A stretch of 64,000 nt of DNA, taken from contig NC_043008.1 of NCBI RefSeq assembly GCF_006345805.1, forward strand, positions 6,510,001 to 6,574,000. Reading direction: 5' to 3'. Made by a program: the position numbers and the translations under genes. A model generated the notes under the pieces. The model was not told the origin of the DNA. It did not search any database and saw only the letters and a program-made list of their open reading frames with translations. Shown one piece after another: positions 11,791 through 23,120 of the stretch (its first letter is position 1; each line of letters opens with the position of its first letter). This DNA comes from Octopus sinensis (Eukaryota).

Positions 11791-13705
11791 ACCCCACTAC
11801 TTCATTATACAAAGTGTCCTTCCTTTTTTTTAAAGATTGTGATCTGGGGGGTGAGTTGGCTGCTATTTGAAGGAGAAGAAGAATGATGTACAGTTTCAGG
11901 AATCAGGAGAAATATGGAATGCAGCAAAGCACATGTTTCTATTTGATCTTTCTGCAGAACCCTTTGAGACCCACAACTGGAATCCAACGGTGTTGGTTAT
12001 CTTCCTCCAGATCATGGGGGTCAGTTGAACTAGAAGCTAACCGCAAACTACGACGGCAAAGGGTCCAACGATTATGTGCTAGTGATGAGAATGGTTACTA
12101 GTGGGGCAGGGCATCATTGCAAACTCTTTCCCAACTTACCATTATCATTCTTGGAGACACAATACATTGAATGCGATTCATATTATGAATCTATTTGGCC
12201 TTCATGCAACTCTTCGCAACAAAGAAGCAATTTAATAAAAACACTTAACAGTCAAATGGTGCTTTTTTTTTTGTCTTCTTTTGTTTTGAGAACTGTTTCA
12301 GACACATCAGAAAGTTTCAAAAGAGAATAAACTTCTTTCTATTATTTTTCTCTATTAAGAAATTGGTTTCATAAATAAATGTGCATTTAAGTAAGATAAT
12401 CTGCGAACCACTGGTTTACCGACTGATAGGACCAAATTCCTGCAGTGAAATATATCAGCTACAGCGTCTTGGTCAGGAGGCTGACCCTTAACATCCCACT
12501 TATTATACCCCTCACTGAAATCAATACGCAATATAATACAGATATGTTTGTGTCAGTGTATCTATGTACATTGTAGGGGAAGAGAAAAGAGAGAGAGAGG
12601 AGGTGGAGGAGGAGGAGGAGAGAAGGGACGAAGGTGGTGGGAAATGCGGAGTAAAATGAGTGATAGGATGCAAAGAGAACAGAGAACATTATTTACATTT
12701 GAAGATAGACACATACCAAATATTAGCCATAAAATATCATTTTCAAATTAATAGACTTTTCAGTTAATACAGCAAATCAATAAATACTTGAGGATATCTA
12801 TAAAAATATCCATATGATATTATTTATACAAGTCTCTTTCAAACCAATGCACTTTTAAACAGAGAAGGAAATTTTATATGGCATACACTATGTTTATTAT
12901 GTCTGTCTATGAAAACAAGATAAGTTAGGAAATTATTTGTGGCCAATTCGTACATTTATTGCAGAACTACAAGTAAAATTGATTTGCTTCCAATAGGCAA
13001 TAGTGAGGAGAAAGTTGAAGAGGTCTTAATTCCATATTTCTCTCTATTTATTGTCAAGGAGTTTGGCATTCACCTAGCCATGACTTCACATTCTAATGGA
13101 GATTTATATCTAAACACACATCTCTCAAAAACTTCTTTCATAATCACTCTCAAGTATCTGCTTCACTTTGTTTAGTTTCTCTCTCTTAACTTTATTGACC
13201 TATATCTCCATTTCTTGACCACATTCAACTAGAACATATATGCATTCAGAAAAATCAATACCATACGTTTGGAGCAAGAAAAGAATACATTCATAAGGAT
13301 AAAAAGGTTATCCCTCAGATTAATTTTCTTATTTGTATTTCTTCTGATTCAATCTTAGAAGTTTTTAAAAAAATGTTGTTTTTTTTCTCTTGAAAGTTAA
13401 AATAAGAAGGGAATATCATTTAAAATTAGAATACCAATACCTGGTAATTAATTCTTTAAAAACAAAATTTTATATGTTAGGTCTGTAACAAATTAACTGG
13501 GTTTTGCAAATTCTAAATGAAACATGTATTTTGGGATAAGATATTTTACAACTGATTGCTCTCTCTTAATTAAATAGTTTAATCATACAACTGTTGTATT
13601 TGTTTCAAGCAGCAAGTACAACAGCTGAACATTTTGGGGAATAAATTACAACCCAAGAAGTGACCAAGATGTTACAGAAGCATGAAATATTATAAGAAAG
13701 GGCAT

Positions 13706-13992
13706 CAAAAAGAGAGGATTCTAGCTCAAAGACTTCAAATAAATTTCTTCAAAAATATTTACCAAAAAGAGAGGATTCTAGCTTAAAAGGCTTCAAATAA
13801 ATTTCCTCCAAGATATTTACCAAAAAGGGAGGATTCTGGTCCAAAAGGCTTCAAATAAATTTCCTCCAAAATATTTACCAAAAAGGGAGGATTTTGGTCC
13901 AAAAGGTTTCAAATAAATTTCCTCCAAAATATTTACCAAAAAGGGAGGATTTTGGTCCAAAAGGTTTCAAATAAATTTCCTCCAAAATATTT
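13706..13992. repeat. 58-bp minisatellite, 5 copies
   Basis: Unit starts at 13706, 13763, 13821, 13879 and 13937; consensus CAAAAAGGGAGGATTTTGGTCCAAAAGGTTTCAAATAAATTTCCTCCAAAATATTTAC. Confidence 0.95.
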
Positions 13993-14499
13993 TCAAAATT
14001 AATTGATGAACCAGAAACATAGCCAAGAATCCTACTCTCTTAACTGATGGAACAAAGTCCCAAAATAAAGCTACAACTCGATCACATACATTATTGATAA
14101 GCTTAAGATCAACTTCCAGTATTTGTGGAAGTTCCGTGATTATTTAGAAGATTGTTGGAGAACCATAGACTAAAGAATTACTTTTGAAATCTCTTTTACT
14201 CTTTTACTTGTTTCAGTCATTTGACTGCGGCTATGCTGGAGCACCACCTTTAGTTGACCAAATTGACCTCAGTTGTTTCACACACATTGGCAATTAACAG
14301 TTAAATATATATCTTTTATCTTTAGTTTTCCCTTAAACAACCATAACTATTATCAGAACCTCACTCCACATACCTGAACTTCCCTCAATTATTTCTGTAT
14401 CTGTTAACAAATACATTCTCTGTTTTGCTTAAACACCCCATGTGTATAAGAATACATGAGTGCTGTGTGTGTATGACTGTGTGGTGTGTGTGTGTGTGT

Positions 14500-14775
14500 G
14501 GAGGCACATGACTTTGTGGTTTGGATAATTTGTTCAGGATTGTAAAGTCTTGAGTTCAATTCCTGGTGATGCATTATGTCCTTGAGCAAGACACTTCATT
14601 TCATATTGCTCCAGTCCACTCAACTGGCAAAAATGAGTTGTACCAGTAATTCAAAGGGGCCAGCCTTGTCACACTCTGTGTCAGGCTGAATATCCCTGGG
14701 AGCTACACTAGGAAGCTGTTCCATTGATCAAATCAACTGGAACTCTTGTCGTCATATCTGACCACATGCCAGGTT
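14500..14775 (+). mobile_element. tRNA-derived SINE (D head + C body)
   Basis: GGAGGCAC head, GAGTTCAATTCC box B, CAAAGGGGCCAGCCTTGTCACACTCTG...GATCAAATCAACTGGAAC body shared with 51660. Confidence 0.75.
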
Positions 14776-14993
14776 TAACACACACACACACACACATATA
14801 CATACACACACACACACCACACACACACACACACACACATACATGCATGTATACTCACATACATACAAATATGTGTGAGAGTGTGATTACATTTACACTA
14901 CTTAAAAATAATTACTAAGGCTGAAATACTTAACTGAACACTTGAGATCAGTACACCAGCATGGCCACAATCCAACAATAAACAAAAGACTAA

Positions 14994-15363
14994 TCTTTAT
15001 ATATAAAAGTAAGGTTGTGTGGTGTCTGTCTCCTACGATTTAGATTCCTAACTACTCCCACATTTTGCGGTGCAGTTTAACCAAAACCGGGTATCTTATA
15101 GTCGTGATTCATATCGATGAGTCTACTATTTAAAAAAAAATTTACCATCATTTTTTTCATTTTAATGCATTTTTTCGCTATTATATAAGGGAAGTAACTC
15201 TCTAAAAATGTCTACGATGAGTCAACGATTTTTAAAAAACTTTACCATAATTTTGTTTCCATTTTTAATGCATTTTTTTTGCTATTTTTTGGCTATAACT
15301 CTCTAAAAATGCTTTATAGTTATTTCCCTTACAAACCCAAGCAATGCCGGGCGATACTGCTAG
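14994..15363 (+). mobile_element. Non-autonomous Helitron, copy 2
   Basis: A|TCTTTATATATAAAAG ... GCAATGCCGGGCGATACTGCTAG|T. Same family as 187-582, with a short internal deletion. Confidence 0.85.
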
Positions 15364-15408
15364 TTGAATATAAGAATGTATACTGAATTTAAAATATTTG
15401 TACTATTA

Positions 15409-15782
15409 TTATTACCTCCGCCTTAGCGAAGGTGGAGGTATTGTTTTCAGTCGTGTTTGTTTGTTTGTTTGTCTTTGGACAAGTTATCTTAAGAACCGCT
15501 GAATGGATTCAGATGAAACTTTTAGGAATGTTAGGCCTCGTGTCTGGCACAAACTGATTAGATTTGGGGATTGATTTGGTACCGGACAAAGATTCTGCAT
15601 CATTTTCTCGTTTATTTTTTACATATTTTTTGAGAGTGGTCGAGTTCATTTTTAGTACTCTTGTTTGTGAGAACAGTCCAGCTTATTTCAGATATTCTCA
15701 TCTTAAAAGATCATCTCTGGTTAATCGTTGAAAGGACGTTGGTTTTGCCTTGGCAAAGGTTTGCACTCTCTGAATGCTCTTT
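15409..15782 (+). mobile_element. Helentron-associated (HINE/DINE-1-like) non-autonomous element
   Basis: 5' TTATTACCTCCGCC with hairpin ACCTCCGCCTT-AGCG-AAGGTGGAGGT, internal (GTTT)n, 3' sub-TIR CCTTGGCAAAGGT and small hairpin GCACTC-TCT-GAATGC before a T-run. Confidence 0.65.
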
Positions 15783-16212
15783 TTATAATTATAATTGCAA
15801 ACAATTACTCTACAAATATTCTTGACATGTCTGTGTCTTTACTTATACCCCTGACAACTGTATGTCCGTCTGTCTGTCTGAGCACAACATCTTAGCATTG
15901 CTTCTGCTCTTGAAGTGAAGTAATACTTTCCTGGGGTCAATAGTATCTACCAACTAACCTCCTTCACTCTAAATTGCTAGCTGAGAGTCGAAGACAGAAA
16001 CAATTATTTTACAGTCCAAGAAACACTTCAAAAACACTTGAAGCAAATACTGAGAGACGGAGAGCAAGACAGAAAGAGAAAAAGAGCAAGAGAGAGAGAG
16101 GGGGGAGAGAAAAAGAGAGGGTGAGAGAGAGAGGTGGAGCGATTAAAGATGCAGGGACATCATAAATTTTATGTCCTTATATTTCTTTCCCGCTCTCCTA
16201 CTTCATGTTTGA

Positions 16213-16432
16213 CCCTTCACCATTCAGATTACGCTGTCAAATGTAATTCTTATTTATTACACTATTTTGAATTTATCGTACATTATTTTGCTGCTTTGAG
16301 ATTTTGATGATGTGTTTCTTTACTTTTAGAATGACATTGTAGGGTGGGTGTAAGAGACCTGATCTGTCCAGTTTGAACATAAAAACAGAAAGACTATTTG
16401 GGCCTGATATGGCTAGTTTGGACACAAAAGGG
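16213..16432. mobile_element. piggyBac-like MITE
   Basis: Ends TTGA|CCCTT ... AAGGG|TTCA (decayed TTAA sites); 220 bp. Confidence 0.55.
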
Positions 16433-16520
16433 TTCAATCTTCATATCATTTCCCCTGCCTTTCTTTTACATGTTTACTTATATCCTCTGTCATGCAGTTT
16501 CTTTAAAAAGAATATTGTGA

Positions 16521-17063
16521 AAGGGGATGGTCAATTACATTGACCCCAGTAATTCACTGGTACTTAATTTATCAACCTTGAAAGTATGAAAGGCAAAGTC
16601 AGCCTCCGTGGAATTTGAACTGAAAACACAGCGACGATGGGTGAAATACCTATTTCTTTACTCCCCACAAGGGGCTAAACACAGAGAGGACAAACAAGGA
16701 CAGACAAACGGATTAAGTCGATTACATCGACCCAGTGCGTAACTGGAACTTATTTAATCGATCCTGAAAGGATGAAAGGCAAAGTCGACCTCGGCGGAAT
16801 TTGACCTCAGAATGTAGCGGCAGATGAGATACCTATTTCTTTACTACCCACAAGGGGCTAAACAAGGAGGGGACAAACAAGGACAGACAAACTGATTAAG
16901 TTGATTATATCGACCCAGTGCATAACTGGTACTTATTTAATCGATCCTGAAAGGACGAAAGGCAAAGACGACCTCAGCGGAATTTGAACTCAGAACGTAG
17001 CGGCAGACGAAATACTGCTAAGTATTTTGTCCAGCGTGCTACTGATTCAGCCAGCATGCCACC
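16521..17063 (-). mobile_element. Family A SINE, head plus tandem body units
   Basis: One head (17016-17063) followed on the minus strand by body units at 183-bp period (junctions 16833/16834 and 16650/16651). Body carries the GCCTTTCATCCTTTC.GG.TCGATTAAATAAGT.CCAG motif, which resembles the SINE Meta domain. Confidence 0.85.
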
Positions 17064-17179
17064 TTCTCTATTACTATAATTTATAACCACATATTACTTA
17101 TCTGATTAGAGTTACTTTCCTTAACCTTTAACAAAAGTTTGGTAAGAACATGCAGCTGTATTAATATAAATTCTGTTTC

Positions 17180-17621
17180 AAGGCAGCAAGCTTGCAGAAA
17201 TGTTAGCATGCTGGGCGAAATGCTTAGCGGTATTTCATCTATCTTTATGTTCTGAGTTCAAATTCCGCTGAGGTTCATTTTGCCTTTCAACCTTTTGGGG
17301 GTCGATAAATTAATTACCAGTTGCATACTGGAGTCAATCTAATTGACTGCTCCCCCTCTCCCCAAATTTCAGCCCTTGTGCCTAGAGTAGAAAAGAATAT
17401 TTAAAGATGGTGAGCTGGCAGAAATGTTAGCACATCGGGTGAAATGCTTAGTAGTAGTTCGTCTGTCTTTATGTTCTGAGTTCAAATTCCGCTGAGGTTG
17501 ACTTTGCCTTTCATCCTTTCGGGGTCGATAAAGTAAGTACCAGTTGTGTATTGGGGTTGATCTAATCAACTGGCCCCCTCCCTAAAAATTCCGGGCATTG
17601 TGCCTAGAGTAGAAAAGAATA
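17180..17621 (+). mobile_element. Two full head-to-tail family A SINEs (variant 3' end)
   Basis: 17180-17400 and 17404-17621, each head...GTTCAAATTCC...TGTGCCTAGAGTAGAAAAGAATAT. Confidence 0.85.
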
Positions 17622-18690
17622 TATATTGATATTTTCAACATTTAACATATTTCTTCACGAACAGAGATGAAGAAATTCTACAAAAGAAACATACGCTTAT
17701 AATGACCCCTAATTGCTATTATTAGGTTAAATACATTCATCACATTATTTTTATCTCCTCTAATCAGCCAAACACAATTTATTAAAAGTTAATAGCGTGT
17801 AAAATAATGTTTTTTATAAGACTATTAACCTCAGTTTTAGAAATGAGTAAAATCTACGTTTCAAATCAGTTTTGATCTCCTATCATCAACTGACATAATC
17901 CTGGATCAGTATGTAGTACCAGACTGGATTTGAACTATGCATCTGTATTTCAAACTAAGACAAGTAATGCTTTTATCAAATGAACCACACTGATTCCGGT
18001 ACATAATCTTCTCAACAACAACTCTTCAGACATTTAGACATTTAATCAATAGACAGATGCAAGAATTTTTCTATTATTTTCTGAAAAGCGAGTTTAATCT
18101 GCAGAGACTTGAAACCAAGTCTGTCAATTTTTATACAAATATAAAGATTATTAACAGCTAAATTAAGAATATCATGAGCAGAGGAAATATATGAACCTTT
18201 CTGGAATTCAGAAACGTGTGTATACGTGCATGCACGTGTGTGTGTGTGTGTGTTGATTTGTCATATTGATTTGTTTTAACAAACATCTTAAAAGTCCATT
18301 CGGTTATAAGTATACTGCTGTAGTTGTCCAGTGAAATAATGTCACAAAATCCATAAGACTGGTGTGACGCATCAGATAACGTGATGCAAAACATATAACA
18401 AATGATAGGATGTATTAGGATTACACACAATGTAGGAATGTAATGTAAAATCTGTTAACAGTAGTCTTGCTGTTGTTTCTGATGCTAAACTTTAACACTG
18501 CGTTGTAGATATTTACTGTGAACTGACCAAGGAGTTGTTACTGACTCTTTGGGGTTAGTAGTTCTATCCTTCCTAGATATTAAGGCAAAATTGTGCTGGT
18601 AGGATTTGATCTCACAATTAGATGCTCATGAATTTTATTTAGGCATTCTTTCAGGCACACTCCAGTTACCCCACTTTAATAATAATAATA

Positions 18691-18734
<44 letters not shown>

Positions 18735-18749
18735 GTAATAATAATAATA

Positions 18750-18910
18750 CGATCACCATGTCACGTACATATGGTTGTGATGCATGTGCCTGGTGTCCCC
18801 TTATCAGGCAGGTAGTCATGATAGGTATATTAGGCTTCGTATATTTTACCCCAGCATCACTTTGATGGCATGTGCTGCTCTCTCAGTCAATGATAATAAT
18901 AATGATGATG
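18750..18910 (+). mobile_element. SINE-like 3' fragment with (ATA)n tail
   Basis: GC-richer block flanked by (TAA)n and ending CTCTCTCAGTCAATGATAATAATAAT; family not assigned. Confidence 0.4.
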
Positions 18911-21482
18911 ATTTCAAATGTTGACACTAGGCCAGCAGTTTTTGGGGGAGGGCTTAAGTTTACATTGATCCCAGTGTCTAACTGTTGCTTATTTTATCAA
19001 CTCGAAATCAATTCTACAAAGGCAAAGTCAACCTTGGTGGAATCTGAACTCAAATAAAAAATGCTGATACACATTTCTGATTATTATATAATATATAATA
19101 TATAATTAATATATAATCAGTTTTTATTGCTTGTTTTATACTGTTAATTAAAATATTGTGATAATGTATGATAATCATATGACTGTGAACGTTGTATGTA
19201 ATTCTGGTTTCCACATGTAATTGGAGAAGGATTAAAGGAAAGCCCCAGAAACCAGGTCCCATAGAATAACTGATGTACCATTTGAATCATCAGACGATGA
19301 TGTGATGTGTAGAACATCATGGAATGGAAATATAGAAGCTAACGGTGGTGGATGCTGGTGATGATGATGATGATGACAATGACAGCAGTGGTGGTGGTTG
19401 TGGTGATAATGATGATGATGATATCAGTTAAATAAGAAAGCTGGATGGAGGAATAATGATAAATGAACAGTAACAGTAAAGATGGTGATGATAGAATTTG
19501 TAGATGTATATTACTAATAAGAACAATTGGGAATGATTGATGGTGAAATTGTTGATCATTGAAGATGTCCCAAAATGGTGACAAAATGTAAAATAATTCT
19601 TGACTTTTGCCAGGTTTAGTGCAGCTACTGTAGTAAATAGAATTTTTATCTAAGGTGTTGTTATGGTGTTTAATAGATAAGAAGAACTGGGTTTTAGATA
19701 TGGCAATGAAATGGTTGCGTAAATTTATAAAGGAAGAAAGAGACGACGATGTATAGTAATTTCGAAGGCCATGTAATTCAGAGATGTTGGCAGCTGCTAA
19801 AATGTGCAGTAATTGATGCAGTGGTGGTCTGGGGATAACTACAGGAACTGAGAGGTTGTAGAATTGATGGTGGTGCTATGAATCATAGTTTTGGTCTTTA
19901 TATTTCTGATTATAGGGAGTTCTAGCTTTGGCAAAACCTCAGAATTTTATAAGGAATGAGGAATGAGAATTGGTAATTGGCTTTGCATTTTAGTTCATTA
20001 CTTATTTTAATGGCCTCTGCTGAGGAATGAAAGAAAGAAACTTTGCTCCTGTGTGGATTGAACTCTGAATGGTGTAGAGAGAGAGAGTGAGACTGTTAGA
20101 CATTGGGAAGTGTTTTGGCGAGTGTTCTACACATTCTAATATCTGTGTTCTTTGGGTTAAGAAAAATGATATTTAAACAAAGTTAATTACTGCCATGATA
20201 ATGAGAGACAGGGCAAAAGGCAGAGAGATAATACCAGAATATATTCCACCTGTAAATGGATGCAAAATATGTGATTACACACCTGTGAGAGAGAGAGAGA
20301 GAAGAGAGAGCATTATATGTGAGTGAGTGTGCGTGTGTGTATGTGTGTGTGTGGTGTGGGTATGTATGTATTTATGCATGGTGTGTGTGTGTTTATGTGT
20401 GTGTGTGTATGTGTATGTATGTCTGTGAAACAGTGTCAATTATTTCTGCATATGAAAGAAAACACGCAGTGTGTGTGATTGCTGTTACACTGATAATGAA
20501 AATGTATCATATCTCAAACGCCTGCAATACATCATACAAAATCTGAAGTACCAAACAACAGAATGTGGAACCAGACACAGCACATCTGACACATCTTGCT
20601 CCATTATTATCTATAAGTTGCTTCAACACATTTAAACTGCAGTTTCTGAGAAACAAGTCTGCGTCTTCAAAGCTGAATGAGGTTACTCAATAACTTTGTC
20701 TTGTCACTAGCGAGCTTAAACTAATGATCATCTTAATTGGTTTCAATAAGAAAATACACAAAACGATATAACGAGAGAGACTAGTGTGCACTTTAGAACA
20801 AGTAGAAGCAATTATTTTGTATTGTTTCCTAATCCATCATATTTATAATTCATTATTATAGTTTTGACATCAGATAATGAATGATATATTTAATTTTTGA
20901 ATGGCAAAAGCTATTTCTAATAAACTAATTTAAACTGTAATTAAAGTTATGTCACTTATTTTGTAGATCATAACCAAGTGGCTACGTTTGATATGATTTG
21001 TATTTTTTTTAGTTCCTTCTTTCATCCTTTAACCTCTCAACACCTTTTATAAGTACGCCTCCTTCTCTAATATATTTCCATTCAATAATGGACAATCTAC
21101 TTTTGTGAATCACATCACAATTTTACAAGTGCTGGTGCCAATAAGAATCGGTGCACATGATTTTGTGAGTAAATACCAAAGAGATATTCTGGTAAAGCAA
21201 GGCTTTGCAGAATGAAAATCAACCAGCTGACACACACATGACAAACACAATCCGTAAGCGGAACAGTAAAAATGTTTAAGCCCGTTCTCAAGTTTGATTT
21301 TCTTTCCATTATCTACATTCCAATGGTGAAGATTCGTATTCTTGTTAGAAACCAACTCCTTCCTTACAGGAAGAATTCAAATAATTATAAATAGAAGAGT
21401 CCTCGTATATATATGCTTTATGACAAACAATACACACAAATGCATGTATATACACTTATTTTTAAATAATATGTGACTTAAT

Positions 21483-21817
21483 TCTGTTGTGTCTGGGGAA
21501 AGTCATTTTCTTTTTGTGCCTTATAATTTAACACACTCACCTGTAAAATTTCCACTTATTCTTATTTTTATTTTCCTAAAGTTTTCGTTGCGTCTTGCAA
21601 CCTTTTCAATAGTCTTGACTCGGTCCATTATTTACACTGCCTTCCCTTTTGTTTACTTGTGCGCACAAACAGACAAAAGGGAACACAGTGTAAATAACAG
21701 ACAGAGTGTGTTACATAATAAGGCACAAAAAGAAAATGATTCTCCCCAGACACAACAGAATATGTTTCAACACACGAACTCATATAAAGAATCTTGCAAA
21801 CCAAATCCAAAAACAAA
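21483..21817 (+). mobile_element. Fold-back retroelement (Penelope-like), copy 1
   Basis: Long inverted arms around a TTGTGCGCACAA centre, A-rich right end, 12-bp direct repeat ATGTGACTTAAT at 21471-21482 and 21818-21829. Confidence 0.6.
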
Positions 21818-22535
21818 ATGTGACTTAATATATATTTTCTCCTGTCAGATGGAAAACATACAAGTTTTAAAATAGCAGCAGTGCTAAGAATATTCTGAGA
21901 CTAATATTATGCCATAAAATCTCATTCTTCAGACCTTCAATTTATTATAGAATTTTTATTAGGGAAATCTTTCCATCTGCCACCCATCCTCTTTGGCTTT
22001 TTTATTTCTCATTTTTTTTATTGTTTTTTCATTTATTATTTGATAGGACATTATTATGTCTTGTGAAACACTTTTAAAAATGAATTTATTGAATCTTCCA
22101 AATCACAGAATGTGTTTAGAGATAATCAATAGCATATTTAGAGCTAATCAATAGCAAGTCTAGATATTTCCTAATCAGCTGAGATCTTATCAAAGAGACC
22201 TGAATTGGTAAAGAAAATCTTTTAAATAACACAAGATATAAATGATATTAAAGACAATTACAATACGGAAGCTATATAAATTTTAGAAAAATTTTCTATT
22301 ATTGGTTTGGTCTGAAGGAAATGGCATTATTAATATTCCTCTTGAACAGGGGCAAGTCAACAATAGCAAGACCAACATAGGTAGAGTAGGAATTCCAGAA
22401 ACTTATTGTTTCTGGAAGTAAGGACTGGATATTAGCTTTAGTGCATAGTCAGGGTTTTACTCTCATTTGACACACCAGCTGTGGACTTCAAGGGGCCTCA
22501 TGGCAGGCCCTACATCAGATTTTTTTTTTTTTGTA

Positions 22536-22908
22536 GTTGTTTCAGTCATTTGACTGCGGCCATGCTGGAGCACCGCCTTTAGTCGAGCAAATCGAACCCG
22601 GGACTTATTCTTTGTAAGCCCAGTACTTATTCAATCGGTCTCTTTTGCTGAACCGCTAAGTGACGGGGACGTACACACACCAGCATCGGTTGTCAAGCAA
22701 TGCTGTGGGGACAAACACACACACATATATATATATACATATATACGACAGGCTTCTTTCAGTTTCCGTCTACCAAATCCACTCACAAGGCATTGGTCGG
22801 CCCGGGGCTATAGCAGAAGACACTTGCCCAAGATACCACGCAGTGGGACTGAACCCGGAACCATGTGGTTGGTTAGCAAGCTACTTACCACATAGCCACT
22901 CCTGCGCC
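22536..22908 (-). mobile_element. Family B SINE, full length
   Basis: Minus strand: GGCGCAGGAGTGGCTATGTGGTAAG head, GGTTCAGTCCC box B, CORE-like TTGGGCAAGTGTCTTC, TA/TG tract, 3' GACTGAAAC end; many CpGs retained. Confidence 0.9.
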
Positions 22909-22954
22909 TATATAAATTTTAAAGATGGTTGGATGTGAATAAATAAAATCTCCA

Positions 22955-23120
22955 GATGCTTGGCATCATCTTGGAGAATGTCGAGGGATTAGCACTGGGC
23001 CACCAGCGATGGAGAGCAGTGGTGGACCAGGTCAGTTTTACGCATGATGATATCTCTCAGACCACTAACCCGGAATGGCCCCAGCTTCAACAAGCAAGTG
23101 CATGAAGCAAGCAAGCAAGT
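22955..23120 (+). mobile_element. RTE-type LINE 3' end relic
   Basis: Encodes MLGIILENVEGLALGHQRWRAVVDQVSFTH, like the RTE C-terminal 'A.DR..WR..V' motif, followed by a (GCAA)n tail. Confidence 0.55.

Noticed and set aside
11950-12330. Higher-GC block with an acceptor-like site and several short open frames
   Set aside because: Every frame is interrupted by stops and no motif could be recognised; likely an old TE fragment.
21129-21165. Micro-exon VLVPIRIGAHDF ending at GTGAGT
   Set aside because: Poor acceptor (AAG, no pyrimidine tract) and too short to assign.
22958-23032. 75-nt exon-like segment with CAG|GTCAGT donor
   Set aside because: The peptide and the following (GCAA)n tail fit an RTE 3' end better than a host exon.
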